Of a DNA stretch of 64,000 bases, positions 10,053-20,165 are shown piece by piece (within the stretch, counting starts at the first letter, position 1; every line of letters begins with the position of its first letter). This DNA is from Nibricoccus sp. (GTDB taxonomy: Bacteria > Verrucomicrobiota > Verrucomicrobiia > Opitutales > Opitutaceae): positions 192,001-256,000 of the forward strand of contig JASGHG010000001.1 of NCBI GenBank assembly GCA_047602425.1, read 5' to 3'. The notes under the pieces were generated by a model, which was not told where the DNA came from, ran no database searches, and worked only from the letters and a program-made list of their open reading frames with translations. Position numbers and translations under genes: made by a program.

Positions 10053-10520
10053 TCACACCCGGCCGGTCGGTTTCAGGAACAACTTAAAATCTCCACTCGT
10101 CGTGCCGAGCGATGCGTACCAGGGATTGAGCTCGGTGTTGGTCGCCATCGACAACCAGCGTACAAGCCCAACACCGCGCTCCCGCGCCTCTTTTGCGACC
10201 CGTTCGATCAACGCCGTCGCGATGCCCCCGCGCCTGTATTCGGGCAGAACATACAAATCGCCCAGATGCACGAGGGGGTCCGCCAACACTCCCGACACGG
10301 TTAAATATCCCGTCGCAAAACCGACAACCACTCCTCCCGATTCCGCAACCAACGCGAAACCAGTTTCCGGTTTTGTCAAAAATTCCGCCAGGAAGCGCCG
10401 CGTCTTCGCTTCGCCCGCCGTGGTGAGCATGTTGTAGTGCTCCTGATACGAGCGAAACAACGGCAGAATTTTTTCAAGGCTGTCAGGTCCTGCGAGGCGG
10501 TAAACGACCGGGTGCTTCAT
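10053..10520 (-). CDS. GNAT family N-acetyltransferase
   Basis: DLYVLPEYRRGGIATALI acetyl-CoA binding motif. Confidence 0.8.
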   Translation of the reverse strand: MKHPVVYRLAGPDSLEKILPLFRSYQEHYNMLTTAGEAKTRRFLAEFLTKPETGFALVAESGGVVVGFATGYLTVSGVLADPLVHLGDLYVLPEYRRGGIATALIERVAKEARERGVGLVRWLSMATNTELNPWYASLGTTSGDFKLFLKPTGRV

Positions 10521-10655
10521 GGGAGAAAGCTACGCATGCACCTGGGATGTTCGCAACCGGCAAACCTTAATGCGTGCACGCGTCGCCCCCAAAGGCTTCC
10601 GCAAGTGCACGGCATAACATTGCCTCCCCACTTACCAACCCAATAGAAATCCGCC

Positions 10656-11036
10656 GTGCGAATCGAACACATCGCCCTCTGGACGTCGGACATCGAGGTA
10701 CTGCGCTCATTCTATTGTCGTCATTTCGGCTGCGTCGCAGGCGATCTATATGAGAACCCCAACAAAGGGTTTCGCTCCTATTTCTTGCGTTTTACCGATG
10801 GTGCACGGTTTGAGATCATGCAAAAAAACGGACTTACAAAGCGAACGGAACAGCCAGCCCTCGGACTGGCTCATTTCGCCATTTCGGTGGGAAGCGAACT
10901 CAAAGTCGTTGAACTGACGAACCAGTTTCGGAACGACGGCATCCGCGTTGCCAGCGAACCACGCCGGACCGGCGATGGTTATTTTGAGAGCGTCGTGCTC
11001 GACCCCGATGGCAACCCCATTGAAATTACGTCCTGA
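10656..11036 (+). CDS. VOC/glyoxalase family protein
   Basis: IEHIAL...HFAISVG...DPDGNPIEI; GTG start. Confidence 0.85.
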   Translation: MRIEHIALWTSDIEVLRSFYCRHFGCVAGDLYENPNKGFRSYFLRFTDGARFEIMQKNGLTKRTEQPALGLAHFAISVGSELKVVELTNQFRNDGIRVASEPRRTGDGYFESVVLDPDGNPIEITS

Positions 11037-11148
11037 AATTGGTTGTTTATTGCAAGCAGCACGCAACAAGTCCGAAATCTATCGGCAAAATAGACGAACA
11101 GATTGTTTTGGTGCAAAAAGAACCTAGATTCGCGCGTCCATTCATCCT

Positions 11149-12120
11149 ATGCTTTTTATCACCAATCGCGCGTTTAAGGAAGGCATCGTCACCAAGGTCA
11201 ACCGCAAGGTCACCTTCGATCTCAAAAACAACCAAGCAGCACAATCTGTCTTCTTCTGCGAGCGTCGCGGGAAGGACAGCTATATTGAACTCGGCAGCGA
11301 GGCCTTTTTGGAGCGTTTGAAAAAGGCGTCGCAAAAGCAGATTCTCATTTATCTGCACGGCTACTCTAACCTGCCCGAACCCGACATTTTTCCGCGTACA
11401 GAAAAACTACAGGCGATGTGCGACCAGCAAAGCGCCGGCGAAGTGCTCGTTCTCCCTCTCATTTGGCCCTGCGACGGCGATCTCGGGATTTTGAAGGATT
11501 ATTACGACGACCAAGTCGCGGCCGACGCCAGCGCCATCGCGTTCTCACGTGTGTTTGGAAAGTTTCTCGACTGGCGCGAACAGAATCTGGAAGACGATAC
11601 CCCTTGCCTGAAACGCATCAGTGTCCTGGCCCACTCGATGGGCAATCGCGTGCTGCGCGGGGCGCTGCAAGCTGCGGCAAAATACCAATGCCCGGGCGGC
11701 CTGCCTCTGATTTTCCGAAATATTTTCCTGGTCGCCGCCGACATCGTAAACGAATCGTTGGAGCCGGGCTGCGAGGGCGAGGAAATTCCTGTCGTCGCGC
11801 GCAACGTCGTGGTTTATTTCGCCAGCGACGATCTCGCCTTGCGCTCCAGCAAAATTGCTAATCTGGCGAATCAAATCGCCTCCCGTCGCCTTGGCCACAC
11901 CGGCCCCGAGGATATGGACGTCGTTCCCAAAAACGTCTTCGCGGTCGATTGCGACGACGTGAACACTGCTTACGACCGGCCCAAGGGACATTCTTACTTC
12001 CTCTACGACCAAACCGGCAAGGTCCCGGGAAAAGTTTTTATGCACATCTGGGCCACGCTCCTCAATGGACGCGTACAAGACCTCTCTTCCGAATCGGCGC
12101 GTACGCTGCAACTCGCCTAG
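11149..12120 (+). CDS. Alpha/beta hydrolase (DUF900-like)
   Basis: YLHGY, AHSMGN nucleophile elbow, LVAADI, D-x-AL, GHSYF. Confidence 0.8.
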   Translation: MLFITNRAFKEGIVTKVNRKVTFDLKNNQAAQSVFFCERRGKDSYIELGSEAFLERLKKASQKQILIYLHGYSNLPEPDIFPRTEKLQAMCDQQSAGEVLVLPLIWPCDGDLGILKDYYDDQVAADASAIAFSRVFGKFLDWREQNLEDDTPCLKRISVLAHSMGNRVLRGALQAAAKYQCPGGLPLIFRNIFLVAADIVNESLEPGCEGEEIPVVARNVVVYFASDDLALRSSKIANLANQIASRRLGHTGPEDMDVVPKNVFAVDCDDVNTAYDRPKGHSYFLYDQTGKVPGKVFMHIWATLLNGRVQDLSSESARTLQLA

Positions 12121-12200
12121 CCAAACCACCTCTTCGGCGCCAAGCCCGCAATCGCCACTACGGGCTTGGCCTCGAAAAAAGCTCTGCCAGACCGTGGCGG

Positions 12201-12665
12201 CTAAACCGTTGCGAAATCCAATACGATTGGTTCGGCATAGTGCAGGTAGTCCATCATCGGCATTTTTATCACTTCTCGATGGGTTCCCGCATTGAACGCG
12301 ATCTCCGGATATCGCGTGAGGGTGTGCTCCAAATATACCCGCATGCCGTAGAGATTGCCGAACGGTGGCATAGCACCAAGTTCGCAGTCGGGAAAGCGAT
12401 CGATAAATTCGTCCTCGCTGGCCAGTTCAACGCTGTCGCTTCCAAGTAAATCGCGGAGTTCCGACAGTACGATTTTGCGATGAGCGGGTAGAACCACCAT
12501 CGCCATTTCATCTTCGATTTTCACAATGACGGTCTTGCCAAAATCGTTGCCGGAGATGTGCGCGGATTTGGCGACGACGGAAGCCGTGTAGGCAGGTGAA
12601 TGCTGGATGCTGATATACTTCACCCCGCAATCATCGAGGAACTGTTTCAATTTTTTCGCAGGCAT
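12201..12665 (-). CDS. YbaK/EbsC aminoacyl-tRNA deacylase family protein
   Basis: FGKTVIVK, LASEDE, FPDCELGAMPPFG, FNAGTH. Confidence 0.85.
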   Translation of the reverse strand: MPAKKLKQFLDDCGVKYISIQHSPAYTASVVAKSAHISGNDFGKTVIVKIEDEMAMVVLPAHRKIVLSELRDLLGSDSVELASEDEFIDRFPDCELGAMPPFGNLYGMRVYLEHTLTRYPEIAFNAGTHREVIKMPMMDYLHYAEPIVLDFATV

Positions 12666-12831
12666 AATGCCCCCTATTGTTAAGGTTACGAGTGCAGCAA
12701 CTGTCGAAAATGTCTCCACTTTCTCCCGCTTGGCAAATGGCCGGAAGGATTGATCGGACCGTGTAAAATCTCTCCTTCATGCCACACGGAAACAGTTGCG
12801 GTCAAAGACCTGCTGCGCTTGATCTTCGCCC

Positions 12832-13260
12832 ATGAGTCCCTCCCTCAAAACCCCTCGCACTCCCTACGAAAAAGTCGGCGGCCTCAATTACCTGGGCCGT
12901 TGCATCGACAAGATCCGCCTGAAAAATGCCGGTCAACTGCGTCCTGATTTCTTCGAACTCATGGGCAAGGGCTTCGATGCCCGAATCATGGGCTATCTGG
13001 AATTGGACTATGCCAAGTTTACCGAGTTTGTCCTCACCGGCGCGACCGACGAACAATGTTGGGACTACTGCGTGCAACACGGTCGCAAAATGAACGACTT
13101 GACCACGCTCATCTGGAACGATTTTTCCAGCAAACGCGGCTGGCGCGATTCCGGATCGGAACTGCTCGCCAAGTTTAAAGCCGAAAGCGGCCTCTCCACG
13201 CGCGATGATATCCAGACGTTCTTCGAATATTGGGAAGTCGACGAAGGCCGTAAACCTTGA
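12832..13260 (+). CDS. DUF5069-like conserved protein
   Basis: PRTPYEKVGG..YLGRCIDKIRL..G.L...DEGR pattern. Confidence 0.7.
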   Translation: MSPSLKTPRTPYEKVGGLNYLGRCIDKIRLKNAGQLRPDFFELMGKGFDARIMGYLELDYAKFTEFVLTGATDEQCWDYCVQHGRKMNDLTTLIWNDFSSKRGWRDSGSELLAKFKAESGLSTRDDIQTFFEYWEVDEGRKP

Positions 13261-13493
13261 GTGATTCCCCTTTACCGAACCAATCGCCAGCAAACTTCGT
13301 GAAGCGATTTTAGCTCAGGCGACAAGTTCATCCTAAAACGCTATTACCCCCGTCTGTCCAAAGGCGACGTTGCCGGGAACGGTGAAAGTCAAGAAACGCA
13401 GCCGCTGCTGCATTGCGACGACATGCGTCCCGGCCGAAAGAAATCGCCGTCAGACAGAACAAAAAACGCGCAGTTATCGCCATCGGTGAGCCC

Positions 13494-13522
13494 TTGACAG
13501 GGACTGAGACTGAATTGAGATT
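13494..13522 (+). promoter_or_regulatory. Putative sigma70-type promoter of fur (possibly leaderless)
   Basis: TTGACA-N17-GAGATT ending 6 nt before the GTG start. Confidence 0.4.
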
Positions 13523-13528
13523 GCCGAC

Positions 13529-13996
13529 GTGAGCAACGACGCCGCCCGCGAAAAATACAAAGCCTACCTCGCCACTAAAGGTCTGCGCGTAACCGACCAG
13601 CGCATGGCGATTTTTGAGGCCGCTTTCGCGCAAAAAGAGCATTTCACGGCTGAGGAATTGCTCGAACATGCTCGTGCTATCGACGATTCCGTTTCCCGCG
13701 CAACAGTTTACCGCAGCATCCCAATCATGACGGAAAGCGCCCTCCTCCGGGAGGTCGATATTGGCAAAAACCTCAAGTACTACCGCCCGAATACCGATAA
13801 CAACACGCAGGTAGCCCAGGTGATTTGTATGGATTGCGACAAAATTTTCGAAATCAGCGCCCCCTTCATGGGATGGTACGGCAACACCGTCTCGGCGAAG
13901 CTGAACCTCACGCCCGTCTCGCAACGTCTGCAAGTCTCCGCGCATTGTAACACGCTGCGCGAAACCGGCACCTGCAAGAATCGCGCACAAGGTTAA
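13529..13996 (+). CDS. fur: Fur family transcriptional regulator
   Basis: [23 protein letters not shown], CxxC zinc site; GTG start. Confidence 0.8.
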   Translation: MSNDAAREKYKAYLATKGLRVTDQRMAIFEAAFAQKEHFTAEELLEHARAIDDSVSRATVYRSIPIMTESALLREVDIGKNLKYYRPNTDNNTQVAQVICMDCDKIFEISAPFMGWYGNTVSAKLNLTPVSQRLQVSAHCNTLRETGTCKNRAQG

Positions 13997-14005
13997 GTTT
14001 CTTCC

Positions 14006-14374
14006 ATGGGCAGAAAAGAAGATCCAACTTTCGAAATCAGCTTCTACGAATCGGTCCTCAAACGCGACCCGGGTTACACCGACGTGATCGAACTTCTCGG
14101 CGGTCTCTACACGAAAGTGGGCCGCATCTCCGACGGACTGAAAATGGATCGCAAGCTCGTGCGCCTGCTCCCGAAAAATGCCACTGCCCATTACAATCTC
14201 GCTTGCAGCCTCGCGCTCTCCAAACGCCGTACCGATGCGTTGCGATCGTTAAAACAAGCGGTCGACCTTGGTTACGATGACGTCGATTGGATGACCCAAG
14301 ACCCCGACCTCGAAGACTTGAAGGACCACCCGGAATTCCTGCGCCTGCTCGAAAAACTCAAGCCACAGAGCTGA
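14006..14374 (+). CDS. Tetratricopeptide repeat protein
   Basis: AHYNLACSLAL...AVDLGY...DPDL TPR-end motif. Confidence 0.75.
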   Translation: MGRKEDPTFEISFYESVLKRDPGYTDVIELLGGLYTKVGRISDGLKMDRKLVRLLPKNATAHYNLACSLALSKRRTDALRSLKQAVDLGYDDVDWMTQDPDLEDLKDHPEFLRLLEKLKPQS

Positions 14375-14523
14375 TAGCCGTGGTAAAGTTACATGGCGGC
14401 CTGCAGACCCTGAAGGGCAAAAGTCGCCACCTCCGAAAAAACCCTAGCGACTGCTCCGGCTTCGGAAATTCCTGAGCGCTTCTGTAACCGCGGCTCGGTT
14501 CGCCGTGTAGAGAGTGTGTTAAC

Positions 14524-15291
14524 ATGAAAACGCTCCCTCTCCTCCTCGCCGGTCTTTCGATCGCATCCATCGCGCGTGCTGACTCCTTCCCCGCGTCCGA
14601 AAAATTCTCCCAAACATATCCGGTCACGGCCCAGGCCGAACTTTCTTTACGCAATATCAATGGTTCGGTCGAAATCGTCGCCTGGGACAAAAACGAGATC
14701 GCACTGGAAGCGGAAAAGCGCACCAAAAACGCCGAGGATCTTTCAAAAATCCAGGTTCAGGTCGACGCTTCGTCCGACCGCGTTGCCATCACCACCCACT
14801 ATGAACGTGTCGGTTGGGGCTGGTTTGGCTGGTTTAGCCGCAACGTCAGCGGCGCCGTCCACTACAAGCTCCGCGTACCGGCCGGCATTAATTTGCGCAA
14901 AGTCGACGTGGTGAATTCCAATGTCACCATTCGCGACGTAAGCGGCGATGTAGAGGCCACCTCGGTCAATGGATCGATTCATGCCAGCGGACTTTCCAAC
15001 TCGGCCCATCTCAAGACCGTAAACGGCAACATCGAGGCCGGCCTCGTTTCCATGCAAGCCTGCAAGACGCTTTACACCAAGACCGTGAACGGAAGCTGCA
15101 AAGTTTTTCTTCCCGACGCCGTCTCGGCCAGCGTCGAGGCTTCGACGGTCAATGGAAACGTGAAATGCGATTTTCCCGTTGCGGCATCGAAATCCAGCCG
15201 ATCCAGACTTCAGGGCCAAATCGGCCAAGGGAACGACACTTCGATCGAGGCGCATTCGGTGAACGGCAACATCGCTTTCCATCGCCAGTAA
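14524..15291 (+). CDS. Secreted DUF4097-like beta-strand repeat protein
   Basis: Signal peptide; repeated S/TVNG-x-I/V units. Confidence 0.75.
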   Translation: MKTLPLLLAGLSIASIARADSFPASEKFSQTYPVTAQAELSLRNINGSVEIVAWDKNEIALEAEKRTKNAEDLSKIQVQVDASSDRVAITTHYERVGWGWFGWFSRNVSGAVHYKLRVPAGINLRKVDVVNSNVTIRDVSGDVEATSVNGSIHASGLSNSAHLKTVNGNIEAGLVSMQACKTLYTKTVNGSCKVFLPDAVSASVEASTVNGNVKCDFPVAASKSSRSRLQGQIGQGNDTSIEAHSVNGNIAFHRQ

Positions 15292-15367
15292 AGCAGTGAT
15301 GGGTTCGTGGCCGGGCGTCGTCGTTGTTGGCGGCGCGCCCGGCAATTTTCTTCGGCGGTTTTGGCTC

Positions 15368-16525
15368 CTAGGCCTTTTCCACGCGGAAATTCAACCAAAG
15401 CCCCACGCCGATAAACAAAAGGTTCGGCACCCAGACGAGGAGGTCGGGATGGTATTGGGGGTACTTGTCGAACCAACTCACGACTACTTTTGTCAGAAAA
15501 TAGTAGAGCAAAGCGAGGCCGAGGGCCACGGCGAAGTTGGCGGAGGTCTCGCGGCGCGAAACTTTTATACCCAATGGAACAGCCAGGAGCACGAGAATGA
15601 GCACCGACAGCGACATCGATCCTTTTTCCTGAATGATCATGTTAATGCGGGTCAGCTTCTGCTCCAGCGGTGCACCAGCGGGCATTTCCTTGGTCAGCCT
15701 GGCCTTCTCTTGATCGAGTTCGTCCAAAGTCAGCCATTCCAATTTGCGACTAAACGTCTTCGCGCCACTTAGGCGCGATAGAGGAAAGCTAAAACTGGCC
15801 GTATCGGCTTCTGCGCGTATGGGCGGCTTGGAAAAGTTTTCCGGATCTTCCTCGTTGAAACGCTCGGAAGAGAATTGGAAGGGTTTGAAAACGAGCCGAT
15901 TGTTTTCCTCGTCCAATTCGATGCGGCCCGTGTCGGCGTGGGAGAAACCGGTCATCCGATTGTGCTTATCCATCCGCCAGACCCAAATGTCCCGCATATA
16001 GTCCCCGTGTCGTTCGCTCGCATAGACGATGACGCCGGGAATGTCGCGGACGAAGGTCTTTGGCACAATCAAGCGGACGGCATTGGTGCGCAGCATGCTT
16101 CCCAACTCTTGATGATAGAGCGTGCGGGCCTTCGGCATCAGGTAGTAATTCACGGCCACACCACCCACAACACCCAAAAGAGCCAAAATAAAAATCGGCG
16201 CGCAGATGCGTTTGACGCTTTGGCCGCACGTCCGCAGGGCGACAATTTCGCTGTCGGCCGACATTCGGCCGAGCACCAGCAACACCCCGAGCAACATGCC
16301 CATCGGCAGCGCATACATGACCACGTAAGGGATGAGCAGCAGCATGAGTTTGACCGCCGATTCCAAGGCGAGCTGGCCCGATAACAAATAGCCGAGCAAA
16401 TCCTTGAGCGCGTTGACCGCGGCGATCAGGAACACGAAAAAGCCCACACATGCAGCGCAGGTGATCAGGACTTGTTTGAAGATATAGCGGTCGATGAGGC
16501 GCAAAATCTTGCCGCGATCATGCAA
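15368..16525 (-). CDS. LptF/LptG LPS export permease
   Basis: LIDRYIFK, LGRMSADSEIVALRTCG, LAVPLGI, VWVPN; start codon uncertain. Confidence 0.85.
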   Translation of the reverse strand: MHDRGKILRLIDRYIFKQVLITCAACVGFFVFLIAAVNALKDLLGYLLSGQLALESAVKLMLLLIPYVVMYALPMGMLLGVLLVLGRMSADSEIVALRTCGQSVKRICAPIFILALLGVVGGVAVNYYLMPKARTLYHQELGSMLRTNAVRLIVPKTFVRDIPGVIVYASERHGDYMRDIWVWRMDKHNRMTGFSHADTGRIELDEENNRLVFKPFQFSSERFNEEDPENFSKPPIRAEADTASFSFPLSRLSGAKTFSRKLEWLTLDELDQEKARLTKEMPAGAPLEQKLTRINMIIQEKGSMSLSVLILVLLAVPLGIKVSRRETSANFAVALGLALLYYFLTKVVVSWFDKYPQYHPDLLVWVPNLLFIGVGLWLNFRVEKA

Positions 16526-16644
16526 GGCGGCACGTCACTGACAATAGGAACCTTACGTTGGTGCCATGACTCGGGGACCTTTGATGGGGATTTTGGCCAA
16601 AGAAAACCCTTGCCAGCCATAAGACGGACAAGGGTTTCCAAAAC

Positions 16645-16721
16645 TGGCGCAGCCGTAGGGAGTCGAACCCCAAACCTTCTGATCCGTAGTCAGATGCTCT
16701 ATCCAATTGAGCTACGGCTGC
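16645..16721 (-). tRNA. tRNA-Arg (anticodon ACG)
   Basis: Reverse complement GCAGCCGTAGCTCAATTGGATAGAGCATCTGACTACGGATCAGAAGGTTTGGGGTTCGACTCCCTACGGCTGCGCCA: cloverleaf, TTCGA loop, encoded CCA. Confidence 0.97.
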
Positions 16722-16797
16722 GTAAAGGAGCGTGAGAAAAAGCAGGGATTCGGCGCGGAGTGCAAGCGATATTTTTCAAACATTTTCGGGGCCTTTT

Positions 16798-17706
16798 CTA
16801 CTCCCCGTAATCCTCGGTCACCGTACGACTCAGCCCAATGAAGGTTTCCTCGGCCAGCGGCAGCCGGCGCCCGCGCAAATAAACCACCCCCCAGCGCCGC
16901 TTGAGCTTGCGACGGCCAAGAGGGAAAGAGATCAGCGCACCGCTGCGCAATTCTTCGCGCGCAATCCACGACGCAAGCACACCCGCACCCAGCCCGATTT
17001 TAACCAGCTCCTTGATGGCTTCCATGGAGCCGAGCTCGATGTAGTTGGTGAGCACGATTTTTTCTTCCCGAAAATATTCACTCACCAACCGAAAGGTATA
17101 ACTGTTTTTATTGTACAAAATGAGGGTCTCCTCCGCGATCGCACCGCGCGGCACGCCACCCGACTGTCCCCAAGGATGCAGCGGCGCCACCACGAACCGG
17201 AGCTCATCTTCAAAAAGCGGCACAAAATCGAATTCGTTGTCGCCCGCAGGCATGGGCATGATCGCGAGATCGATCTGGCCCGAACGCAACAATTCCAACT
17301 GCCGGCCATGGTCGCCGGGTTCGATTTTAATCACGCACTTCGGAAAGCTCTGCTTAAATTCGCGCAGCACCGTTGGTAATATATACTGGCACGCCGTCGT
17401 GCTCGCTCCGACACGCAACCGGCCGTGCCCCCAGTTCGTCAGCGTGTCGAGTCCCGCGCGCGCCGCTTCCATTTCGCGCAAAATTTTTTCCGTGTGCCGC
17501 AAAAACTGTTCGCCCGCCTGCGTGAGCAGCGCGCGTTTGCCCACGCGATCGAGCAGACGGCAGCCAACTTCCGTCTCCAAAGCCTTCATCGCGTGACTCA
17601 CCGCCGACTGCGTGAGAAACAAATCTTTGGCGGCCAAGGTAAAACTGCCGCGGCGTGCCACGGCTTCAAAGGCAAGCAACTGACGGCTGTCGAGGGTGTT
17701 TTTCAT
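16798..17706 (-). CDS. LysR family transcriptional regulator (CbbR/CmpR/CysL-like)
   Basis: GSFTLAAKDLFLTQSAVSHAMKALE HTH, LTQAGE, EAIKELVKIGLG; divergent from the nitrate operon. Confidence 0.9.
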   Translation of the reverse strand: MKNTLDSRQLLAFEAVARRGSFTLAAKDLFLTQSAVSHAMKALETEVGCRLLDRVGKRALLTQAGEQFLRHTEKILREMEAARAGLDTLTNWGHGRLRVGASTTACQYILPTVLREFKQSFPKCVIKIEPGDHGRQLELLRSGQIDLAIMPMPAGDNEFDFVPLFEDELRFVVAPLHPWGQSGGVPRGAIAEETLILYNKNSYTFRLVSEYFREEKIVLTNYIELGSMEAIKELVKIGLGAGVLASWIAREELRSGALISFPLGRRKLKRRWGVVYLRGRRLPLAEETFIGLSRTVTEDYGE

Positions 17707-17708
17707 GA

Positions 17709-17788
17709 ATGAGCGTCGTTCATTATCTATATGAAATGTTTGAAGAGCAGTAATCGCGCCAAAACGCATTTCTGGCATGCCGACGGCT
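17709..17788 (+). promoter_or_regulatory. ATGA-N7-TCAT LysR-type box (17709-17723) plus sigma54-like -24/-12 element (17773-17788)
   Basis: ATGAGCGTCGTTCAT; TGGCATGCCGACGGCT (GG-N10-GC); same arrangement at 24934 and 27944. Confidence 0.65.
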
Positions 17789-17808
17789 AAACGTGTTCGG
17801 CAAAACCA

Positions 17809-18882
17809 ATGGAAACCGCCACGTACAACAGCACCGCCAGCCAGAGCGCACGCACCTTGCGCGTCGGCTTCCTCGCTCTCAGCGACGCCGCGCCTTTCAT
17901 CGTCGCCGAGGAGCGCGGCCTCTTCGCCCGGCACGGGCTTCGCGTTCAGCTGAGCCGCGAAGTGGGTTGGGCAACGCTGCGCGATAAAATCATCTACGGT
18001 GAACTCGATGCTGCGCAGGCTCCCGCACCGATGCTTTGGTCCACGCGCCTCGGAATCGATTGCTCGCCCTGCCCCGTCATGACCAGCATGGTGCTCAGCC
18101 TGAACGGCAACGCCATTACTCTCTCTGAAAAACTCTGGCAGGCCGGTGTGCGCGACGCATCAACCTTGCGCGACGAAGCGCGCCGGCGCAGCGGTGAACG
18201 CAAGCTGACCTTCGGCGTTGTATTCAATTTCTCATCACACCACCTGCTCCTCCGCACCTGGCTTCGCACCGGCGGCATCAATCCCGATCGCGATGTCCGT
18301 TTCGTCGTCGTTCCCCCGGCCCAGATGTTCCGCAACCTCGCGGCTGGTACAATCGACGGTTACTGTGCCGGCGAGCCCTGGAATACATTGGCGGTGAGAG
18401 AGCAGGTCGGCTGGTGCCCGACCTGGTCAGCCTCGTTGCAGCCTGGACACATTGAAAAGGTTCTCATGGTGACGGAACGGTTTGCCACCAATCGCGCAAG
18501 CGAACACGCGGCCCTGGTCGCCGCTCTCGTTGAAGCCGCCGGTTGGTGCGACGAGCCCGCCAATCGGGATCCGCTCGCCCAGTTGCTTTCCCGCGCCGGT
18601 TACATCAACCAGTCCATGCGCATCATCACGCCCGCTCTCAGCGGCGTTTTCGATTGCGGCCACCATCGCAGCGAGACGGTGCCTGATTTCCTCGTATTTC
18701 ACAAAGGCAATGCCAACCAGCCCACCGTAGCCAAAGCCCAGCTGCTGCAGCAGGAATTGACCGAAGCGGGACTTCTTCCCGGCGGACCGGCAGCCAGCAC
18801 GCTTCCTGCGCTTCTTTTTCGCGAAGATCTCTACAACCACGCAACCCGCACCAATACATCCAATGAACTCGTCTCCCTCTGA
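17809..18882 (+). CDS. NrtA/CmpA-fold protein without signal peptide (NasS-like cytoplasmic nitrate sensor)
   Basis: GFLALSDAAP, GWATLRDK, VPPAQM, GYCAGEPWN, EKVL; no Sec/Tat signal. Confidence 0.75.
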   Translation: METATYNSTASQSARTLRVGFLALSDAAPFIVAEERGLFARHGLRVQLSREVGWATLRDKIIYGELDAAQAPAPMLWSTRLGIDCSPCPVMTSMVLSLNGNAITLSEKLWQAGVRDASTLRDEARRRSGERKLTFGVVFNFSSHHLLLRTWLRTGGINPDRDVRFVVVPPAQMFRNLAAGTIDGYCAGEPWNTLAVREQVGWCPTWSASLQPGHIEKVLMVTERFATNRASEHAALVAALVEAAGWCDEPANRDPLAQLLSRAGYINQSMRIITPALSGVFDCGHHRSETVPDFLVFHKGNANQPTVAKAQLLQQELTEAGLLPGGPAASTLPALLFREDLYNHATRTNTSNELVSL

Positions 18883-20152
18883 TCGCTCCGTTTCCCACCT
18901 GAACCGCCGGTCTTTTTTGACCAAAGGAGTTGCCGGTCTCGGCGCCGCCGCGCTTTGGTCGGCCCTCGGCAACAAGTCTTGGGCCTCCACGGCCGGCTCG
19001 GTTTCCGAGGCGCCCGAAACCACTGATATCAACTTCGGCATCATCGCGCTCACGGATTGTTCACCCATCGTCATCGCCCATGAAAAAGGCCTTTTCAAAA
19101 AGTACGGAATCAATTCCAAAATCACCAAGGGAGCCAATTGGGCGGCCATCCGCGACAACCTGTCAACTGGTTCGATTCAGGCCACCCACATGCTGATCGG
19201 CATGCCGCTCGCCTCGACCATGGGCTTGGCCGGTTCGCCTAAAAAACCGATGATCATTCCCTGGCTGCTCAATCGCAACGGCCAGGCCATCACGCTCAAG
19301 ACCGAGTGGAAGGGCAAGGTTGGTGCTGACCCGAAGGCCATCAAACCCTTCGTAGATCAGGCGAAATCGCTCGGCGAACCGCTCACTTTCGCCATGACCT
19401 TCCCTCCGGGCACACATGCCATGTGGATTCGCTACTACCTCGGCGCCGGCGGCATCAATCCCGACAAAGATGTCAGCCTCATCACCGTTCCGCCCGCCCA
19501 GATGGTGGCCAATATGAAAATCGGCAAAATGGATGGCTTTTGCGTCGGCGAACCGTGGAACGCCCGGGCAATTGCCGATGGTATCGGGTTCACCTCCGTC
19601 ACCACGCAGGATATGTGGAAGGATCATCCGGAAAAAGTCTGCGCTTTCACTGAGGAGTTCGCCGAGAAAAACCCGAAGACTGTCAAAGCCGTGCTGAAAG
19701 CCCTGCACGAAGCCAGCGTCTGGCTCGACGAAATGGATAATCGACCCGAACAGTGCGCCATCGTCTCAAAGGCCACGTATATCAATTGCGATCCCAAAAC
19801 GATCCTCGGCCGCCTCCAGGGTAACCTCGACTACGGCGACGGCCGCAAGGTGCAGGACGAATTCTACATGCACTTCAACAAGCGCAACTGCAACTATCCG
19901 CAGCCCAAGTACGCCAAATGGTTCCTCTCGCAGTATCGCCGCTGGGGCCTCGTCTCCGGCACGCCCGACTATGAGGGCGTCGCGAAACGGGTGATGCGCT
20001 CCGACATCTACGAAGAGGCTATGAAGGAAATCGGCGTCACCCATGGTGGACTCGATAACTCGCCGGAAACGTTGTTCGACGGTGCCACTTTCAATCCAGC
20101 CGAACCAGAGACTTTCGCCAAGAGCTTCGCCGTCCACAATCTGAAAGGTTGA
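18863..20152 (+). CDS. nrtA: Nitrate/nitrite ABC transporter substrate-binding protein (Tat-exported)
   Basis: RRSFL twin-arginine signal; IALTDCSPI, FAMTFPPGTH, GFCVGEPWN, DHPEKV. Confidence 0.85.
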   Translation: MNSSPSDRSVSHLNRRSFLTKGVAGLGAAALWSALGNKSWASTAGSVSEAPETTDINFGIIALTDCSPIVIAHEKGLFKKYGINSKITKGANWAAIRDNLSTGSIQATHMLIGMPLASTMGLAGSPKKPMIIPWLLNRNGQAITLKTEWKGKVGADPKAIKPFVDQAKSLGEPLTFAMTFPPGTHAMWIRYYLGAGGINPDKDVSLITVPPAQMVANMKIGKMDGFCVGEPWNARAIADGIGFTSVTTQDMWKDHPEKVCAFTEEFAEKNPKTVKAVLKALHEASVWLDEMDNRPEQCAIVSKATYINCDPKTILGRLQGNLDYGDGRKVQDEFYMHFNKRNCNYPQPKYAKWFLSQYRRWGLVSGTPDYEGVAKRVMRSDIYEEAMKEIGVTHGGLDNSPETLFDGATFNPAEPETFAKSFAVHNLKG

Positions 20153-20165
20153 CACGACGCCTGCC

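Noticed and set aside
10609..10626. sigma54-like motif upstream of the VOC gene
   Set aside because: GG-to-GC spacing is 9 nt, not the required 10
13261..13493. Possible ncRNA or riboswitch upstream of fur
   Set aside because: No recognisable SRP, 6S, tmRNA or riboswitch motif by eye; an Rfam/Infernal scan would be needed
13503..13522. Possible Fur box (TGAGACTGAATTGAGA)
   Set aside because: Only one half resembles the 7-1-7 consensus; too weak to call
16645..16721. tRNA-Arg as integration site for the nitrate block
   Set aside because: The block lies on the tRNA 5' side; no integrase and no duplicated tRNA 3' end were seen
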